NCBI GenBank assembly: GCA_963825525.1
Contig: CAWGTN010000002.1
Location: forward strand, 1,248,001-1,312,000
DNA from: an uncultured Chloroflexia bacterium
GTDB lineage: Bacteria > Chloroflexota > Limnocylindria > QHBO01
DNA length: 64,000 nt
Direction: 5' to 3'
Shown: piece by piece, positions 58,822 to 64,000 of the stretch
How positions within the stretch are numbered: position 1 is the stretch's first letter
Layout: each line of letters starts with the position of its first letter
Translations under genes and position numbers: made by a program
The notes under the pieces: generated by a model
Database searches by the model: none
What the model was told of the DNA's origin: nothing
The model's input: the letters and a program-made list of their open reading frames with translations, nothing else

Positions 58822-60462
58822 ATGCATTCGCATCGCACCGCGCGACTCGTCGCGCTGCTCGCTGGAGCTGCACTGATCCTTGCCGCCTGCGGAACGCAGG
58901 CTCAGAGCCCGGGCACGAGCGCGGGACCCACCGATGACGGTGGAGAGACAACTCCGCCACCGAGCCAGGCGGCCGGTCCGGACCTCCTGAAGGTCGCAAC
59001 GACGGCTGCGGTCACCACCTGGGATCCGGTCGCGTCATTCTCGACCGAAGCCTTCTACATGGCGAATATCTACGAGCCCCTGCTGCGGGTGAATCCGCCG
59101 GACGCCGGTGACGAATTCACGCCGGTCCTGGCGGAGACATGGGAGACGTCGGACGACGGCCTGACCTGGACCTTCAACCTGCGCGCGGGCGTCACCTTCC
59201 ACGATGGCGAGCCGATGGATGCCGACGCGGTGGTCGCATCGATCGAGGCGGCCAAGGAGCGCGCCGGCGCGTCGTTCATCTGGCTTCCGCTCGACACCAT
59301 CGAGGCGGTCGACGATCAGACGGTGGAGATGACGCTGAGCTACGCCGCACCCATGGATCTCGTCGCCAGCTCCCTGTACGGGGCCTGGATCATCAGCCCC
59401 GCGGCCCTGGCCGCGTTCGCGGAGGACGAGACCTACTTCGAGGACGGCGTCGACGGCGGCACCGGTCCCTACACCATCGACTCCTACACCCCGGGCGAGG
59501 AGGTCGTGCTCACGGCCTACGAGAACTACTGGGGTGGCTGGGACGACGCCAACCACTACGAGACGGTCCTCGTGTCGATCACGCCGGAGGCCGTGGTCCG
59601 GCAGCAGATGCTCGAGGGCGGCGATGTCGACCTGGCGTTCAGCCTGCCGACGGAGAACATCGACACCTTCCGGGATAATCCCGAATTCACGGTCCTCGAG
59701 GAGCCCTCGTTCTTCAACTACGTCGGCCTCTTCAATACCCAGCGCGCCCCGCTCGATGACCCGCTCGTTCGCCAGGCGCTGAGCTACGCGCTGCCGTATG
59801 ACGACATCATCCAGGCCGGCGCCGGCGGCTTTGGGACGCAGTCACGAGGTCCGGTGCCGCAGGGCGTCTTCCCATGGTCGGAGGACGTGCCGCAGTACGA
59901 GCAGGACCTCGACATGGCTCGAGACCTGCTCGCCCAGGCGGGACTCGAGGATGGCTTCTCGATTGAGATGACCTATGCCAGCGAGAACCAGAACGAGGAG
60001 CGCTTCGCGCCGCTCATCGCGGACGCCTTCGGTGAGATCGGCGTCGAGGTGGAGATCACGCCGATGCTCTTCAGCCAGCAGTGGGAGCGCGCCAAGGGCG
60101 ATCCCGAGGGACGCCAGGACCTGTTCCTGCTCCTCTACTGGCCGACCTACTCCGATGCCGGATCGGACAACCTGTGGTCCCTGTTCCGCAGCAGCGAGGC
60201 GCCGTTCTTCAACCTCTCCTACTGGGAGAACGCGGAGTACGACGCCCTCATCGACGAGGCTGGCGGCCTGACCGCCACCGATCGCGACGCAGCGCAGGAG
60301 AAGTACACCGACGCAATGCAGCTCCTGGTCGACCAGGCGGCTGGCCTGTTCTTCTACGACACGCAGGAGATCGTCGCAGTCCCGGCCCACGTCGGTGGCT
60401 ACGACTACAACCTGAACTACCCGTTCGCGCAGTTCTTCTACCCGCTCCACCCGGCCGAGTAG
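58822..60462 (+). CDS. peptide/nickel-family ABC transporter substrate-binding lipoprotein
   Basis: Lipobox LAAC; IYEPLL, WTFNLR.GVTFHDG, GTGPY, VRQALSYA; GGAGG upstream. Confidence 0.93.
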   Translation: MHSHRTARLVALLAGAALILAACGTQAQSPGTSAGPTDDGGETTPPPSQAAGPDLLKVATTAAVTTWDPVASFSTEAFYMANIYEPLLRVNPPDAGDEFTPVLAETWETSDDGLTWTFNLRAGVTFHDGEPMDADAVVASIEAAKERAGASFIWLPLDTIEAVDDQTVEMTLSYAAPMDLVASSLYGAWIISPAALAAFAEDETYFEDGVDGGTGPYTIDSYTPGEEVVLTAYENYWGGWDDANHYETVLVSITPEAVVRQQMLEGGDVDLAFSLPTENIDTFRDNPEFTVLEEPSFFNYVGLFNTQRAPLDDPLVRQALSYALPYDDIIQAGAGGFGTQSRGPVPQGVFPWSEDVPQYEQDLDMARDLLAQAGLEDGFSIEMTYASENQNEERFAPLIADAFGEIGVEVEITPMLFSQQWERAKGDPEGRQDLFLLLYWPTYSDAGSDNLWSLFRSSEAPFFNLSYWENAEYDALIDEAGGLTATDRDAAQEKYTDAMQLLVDQAAGLFFYDTQEIVAVPAHVGGYDYNLNYPFAQFFYPLHPAE

Positions 60463-60480
60463 CGGGCACCGGATTCATGG

Positions 60481-60512
60481 CGCCGGTCGGAGGATCCGTC
60501 CCCCGACCGGCG
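60481..60512 (+). terminator. intercistronic hairpin after the binding-protein gene
   Basis: CGCCGGTCGG...CCGACCGGCG, perfect 10-bp stem. Confidence 0.6.
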
Positions 60513-60528
60513 TACGATCCCTGCACCC

Positions 60529-61545
60529 ATGAGACGCTTCCTCGGACGCCGACTCGGGACGGCGATCCTCGTCCTGTTCGGCGTCTCGCTCGTCACGTTC
60601 ACCCTGGCGCGCGTCATCCCGTCGAATCCCGCGGCGCTCTATATCGGTCCGCGCGCGCGGGCGGAGGAAATCGCCCGGGTGGCGGAGGAGCTGGGGCTGA
60701 ACCGGCCACTGCCACTTCAGTACGTGGATTACATGGGCGACATGCTCACCGGCGATTGGGGCACGTCGATCGGGACCAAGCGACCGGTCCTGTCCGAGAT
60801 CCTCGATCGGCTGCCGGCCACGCTGGAGCTGCTCATCACCGCCATGCTCATCGCCGTCCTGGTCGGGACGCTCCTGGGGGTCCTGAGTGCCCAGTGGCGC
60901 GGACGTCCGCCCGACCTCGTGGTTCGTCTCATCGCGATCGCCGGCGTCTCGATGCCGGCGTTCTGGCTCGGACTTCTGCTGCAGGTGCTCTTCTTCCGAC
61001 AGCTTGACCTGCTGCCCTTGTCCGGCCGGCTGGACACCGATATCCGCTTCCTCTCGCCGATCACCGACGTCACCGGTTTCTTCACGATCGATGCCCTGGT
61101 CACCGGCAACTGGGTCGCCTTCGGCGATGCGCTCGCCCACCTCGTCCTCCCCGCGGTGACGCTCGCCGCCTACCCGGTCGGCCTGATCGCCCGCATGACC
61201 CGCGCCTCCATGCTCGAGGCGCTGGGCCAGGACTACGTGCGGTCGGCACGGGCCTTCGGCATCGCAGAGCGGACGGTCGTGTATCGGCTGGCCCTTCGGA
61301 ACGCCCTGCCGCCGACGCTCACCGTGCTGGGCCTCACGCTGGCCTACTCGCTCACCGGGGCGTTCTTCGTGGAGATCGTCTTCAACTGGCCGGGGCTCGG
61401 GCAGTTCGCGGTCGACGCGCTGCTCAACGTCGACTACCCCGCCGTCATGGGGATCGCCTTGCTCGGCGCTGCCGGCTACGTGCTCATCAACCTTGCCGTC
61501 GACATCGCCCAGGCCTGGATCGATCCGAGGGTGAGGCTCACATGA
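60529..61545 (+). CDS. peptide ABC transporter permease (DppB/OppB-like)
   Basis: GDWGTS, PAFWLG, HLVLP, DYVRSARAFG, FNWPGLG. Confidence 0.93.
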   Translation: MRRFLGRRLGTAILVLFGVSLVTFTLARVIPSNPAALYIGPRARAEEIARVAEELGLNRPLPLQYVDYMGDMLTGDWGTSIGTKRPVLSEILDRLPATLELLITAMLIAVLVGTLLGVLSAQWRGRPPDLVVRLIAIAGVSMPAFWLGLLLQVLFFRQLDLLPLSGRLDTDIRFLSPITDVTGFFTIDALVTGNWVAFGDALAHLVLPAVTLAAYPVGLIARMTRASMLEALGQDYVRSARAFGIAERTVVYRLALRNALPPTLTVLGLTLAYSLTGAFFVEIVFNWPGLGQFAVDALLNVDYPAVMGIALLGAAGYVLINLAVDIAQAWIDPRVRLT

Positions 61546-62437
61546 TCGGCACGAACGTCGAGGCGGTCCTCGCGCCGCAGGAGCTGCCGTCGCGGGACCG
61601 GAGCCGGGTTCTGCGAGCGCTGCTCGGCGATCCACTCAGCCTGGTCGGGCTGGCGCTCATCACGGTGTTGATTGTCGCGGCCGCCTTCGGGCCATGGCTG
61701 GCCCCGTTTCCTGAGCAGGGAGCCGGCCAGACGAACATCGGCGAGGCGCTGCTGCCACCGGGCGGCGATCATCTGCTCGGGACCGATCGGCTCGGCAGGG
61801 ACATGCTGAGCCGGATCATCCTCGGCGCGCGACCTGCGGTCCTCGTGTCGCTGCTGGTGGTCGGCCTGGCCGTCCTCATCGGCGCGCCGCTCGGCGCGAT
61901 CGCCGGCTATCGCGGAGGTCGACTGGACGAGGCCCTCATGCGCTTCACCGACCTGTTTCTCGCATTTCCGCCGCTCCTGCTCGCGATGGCGATCATCGCC
62001 GCACTCGGGCCCGGCCTCGAACGCGCGGCGCTCGCCCTCGCCATCAGCTGGTGGCCCTGGTACGCGCGCATCACCCGGGGCGTCGCCGCCTCGCTGCGCG
62101 AGCGCCCGTTCGTCGACGCGGCGCGGTCGATCGGTGTCCCCGAGCGGACCATCGTGCGGCGACACATCCTTCCGAACGCCCTCTCTCCAATCCTGGTGCA
62201 GGCGACGGTGGACGTCGGAACCGTCATCCTTGCAGCCGGGTCACTGGCCTTCATCGGCCTGGGCGCCCGACCCCCCGCCCCTGACTGGGGCCTCATGGTC
62301 AGCGAGGGGCGCACCTTCATCCTCGACCAGTGGTGGTACGCCGGATTCCCCGGTCTCGCCATCTTTCTGTCGGTGCTCGGCTTCAACCTGGTGGGGGACA
62401 CGCTTCGCGACATCTTCGACCCGCGGCAGGTACGCCG

Positions 62438-62441
<4 letters not shown>
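61542..62441 (+). CDS. peptide ABC transporter permease (DppC/OppC-like)
   Basis: LGTDRLGRD, FVDAARSIG, RHILPN, DWG, FNLVGD. Confidence 0.93.
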
Positions 62442-63441
<1,000 letters not shown>

Positions 63442-63445
<4 letters not shown>

Positions 63446-64000
63446 GCGGCGAACGATCGAACGCGGCACCTCTGGTCGAAATTCGCGATCTCGTCGTCGA
63501 GTACGTCACTCGTGGCATCCACGGGGGACGCCCGGTGCGGGCGGTCGCCGGCGTCTCGCTCGAAATCGCCGCCGGCGAGGTCTACGCCATCGTCGGGGAG
63601 TCGGGTTCCGGGAAGACGACCCTCGCACGGACGCTGCTGCGCCTCGTTGATGCGACGTCCGGGGAGATCACGCTCGGCGGGCAGGGGATCACGCGCGTCT
63701 CCGGGGAAAGCCTTCGCCGCCTGAGGCGCCGAATGCAGATCGTCTACCAGGACCCGGCCGGGTCACTCGACCCACGGATGCCGGTGAGCGAGCTCGTGGC
63801 CGAGCCGCTGCGCACCCACGAAACGCTGCGATCCTCCGAGCTCGGAGTCGCGCGTGCTCGAGCTGCTCACGGACGTCGGCCTCGGCAGGCAGCATCTGTC
63901 GCGCCGTCCTCACGAGCTCTCCGGCGGACAGGCACAACGCGTCGCGATCGCGCGGGCACTGGCCCTGCGGCCCGAGCTGGTTGTGCTGGACGAACCCACC
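63442..64000 (+). CDS. peptide ABC transporter ATPase (DppF/OppF-like), 3' end outside the window, apparent frameshift near 63844
   Basis: [13 protein letters not shown], then [23 protein letters not shown] in a shifted frame. Confidence 0.88.

Overview
A 64 kb stretch of ordinary, densely coding chromosome from a high-GC (roughly 70% by eye) bacterium. The gene set suggests Chloroflexota or a related monoderm lineage, which is inference only. It includes an archaeal/eukaryote-type ProRS, ThyX, CsaA, a group-I ECF transporter and many leaderless-style starts. About 68 genes are present: sugar and peptide ABC transporters, a NarL/DevR-type two-component operon, three aldehyde dehydrogenases with a class-III aminotransferase, pyrD, fumC, a GH13 glucosidase, thyX, ktrAB, a leucine-degradation (liu) cluster, a nucleoside hydrolase with an ECF module, deoD, hppD, proS, a C-terminal protease and a cfa/DUF1365/FAD-oxidoreductase lipid-modification cluster. 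I saw no rRNA, tRNA, CRISPR array, transposase or integrase. Many single-base indels (including one in proS, densest at 31.4-34.1 kb) look like assembly errors. Best leads: (1) an excisionase/BldC-like HTH fused in frame to the methylcrotonyl-CoA carboxylase alpha subunit; (2) a multi-hairpin leader with an RBS-sequestering stem upstream of a secreted C39-like peptidase plus lipoprotein pair; (3) an inverted repeat of overlapping DnaA-like and NrdR-like boxes at the thyX promoter; (4) a long hairpin with a six-C loop that may be an sRNA; (5) a furan-fatty-acid-like operon; (6) a degenerate GGDEF membrane protein with an intact I-site. All assignments come from motif recognition by eye; no database searches were run.
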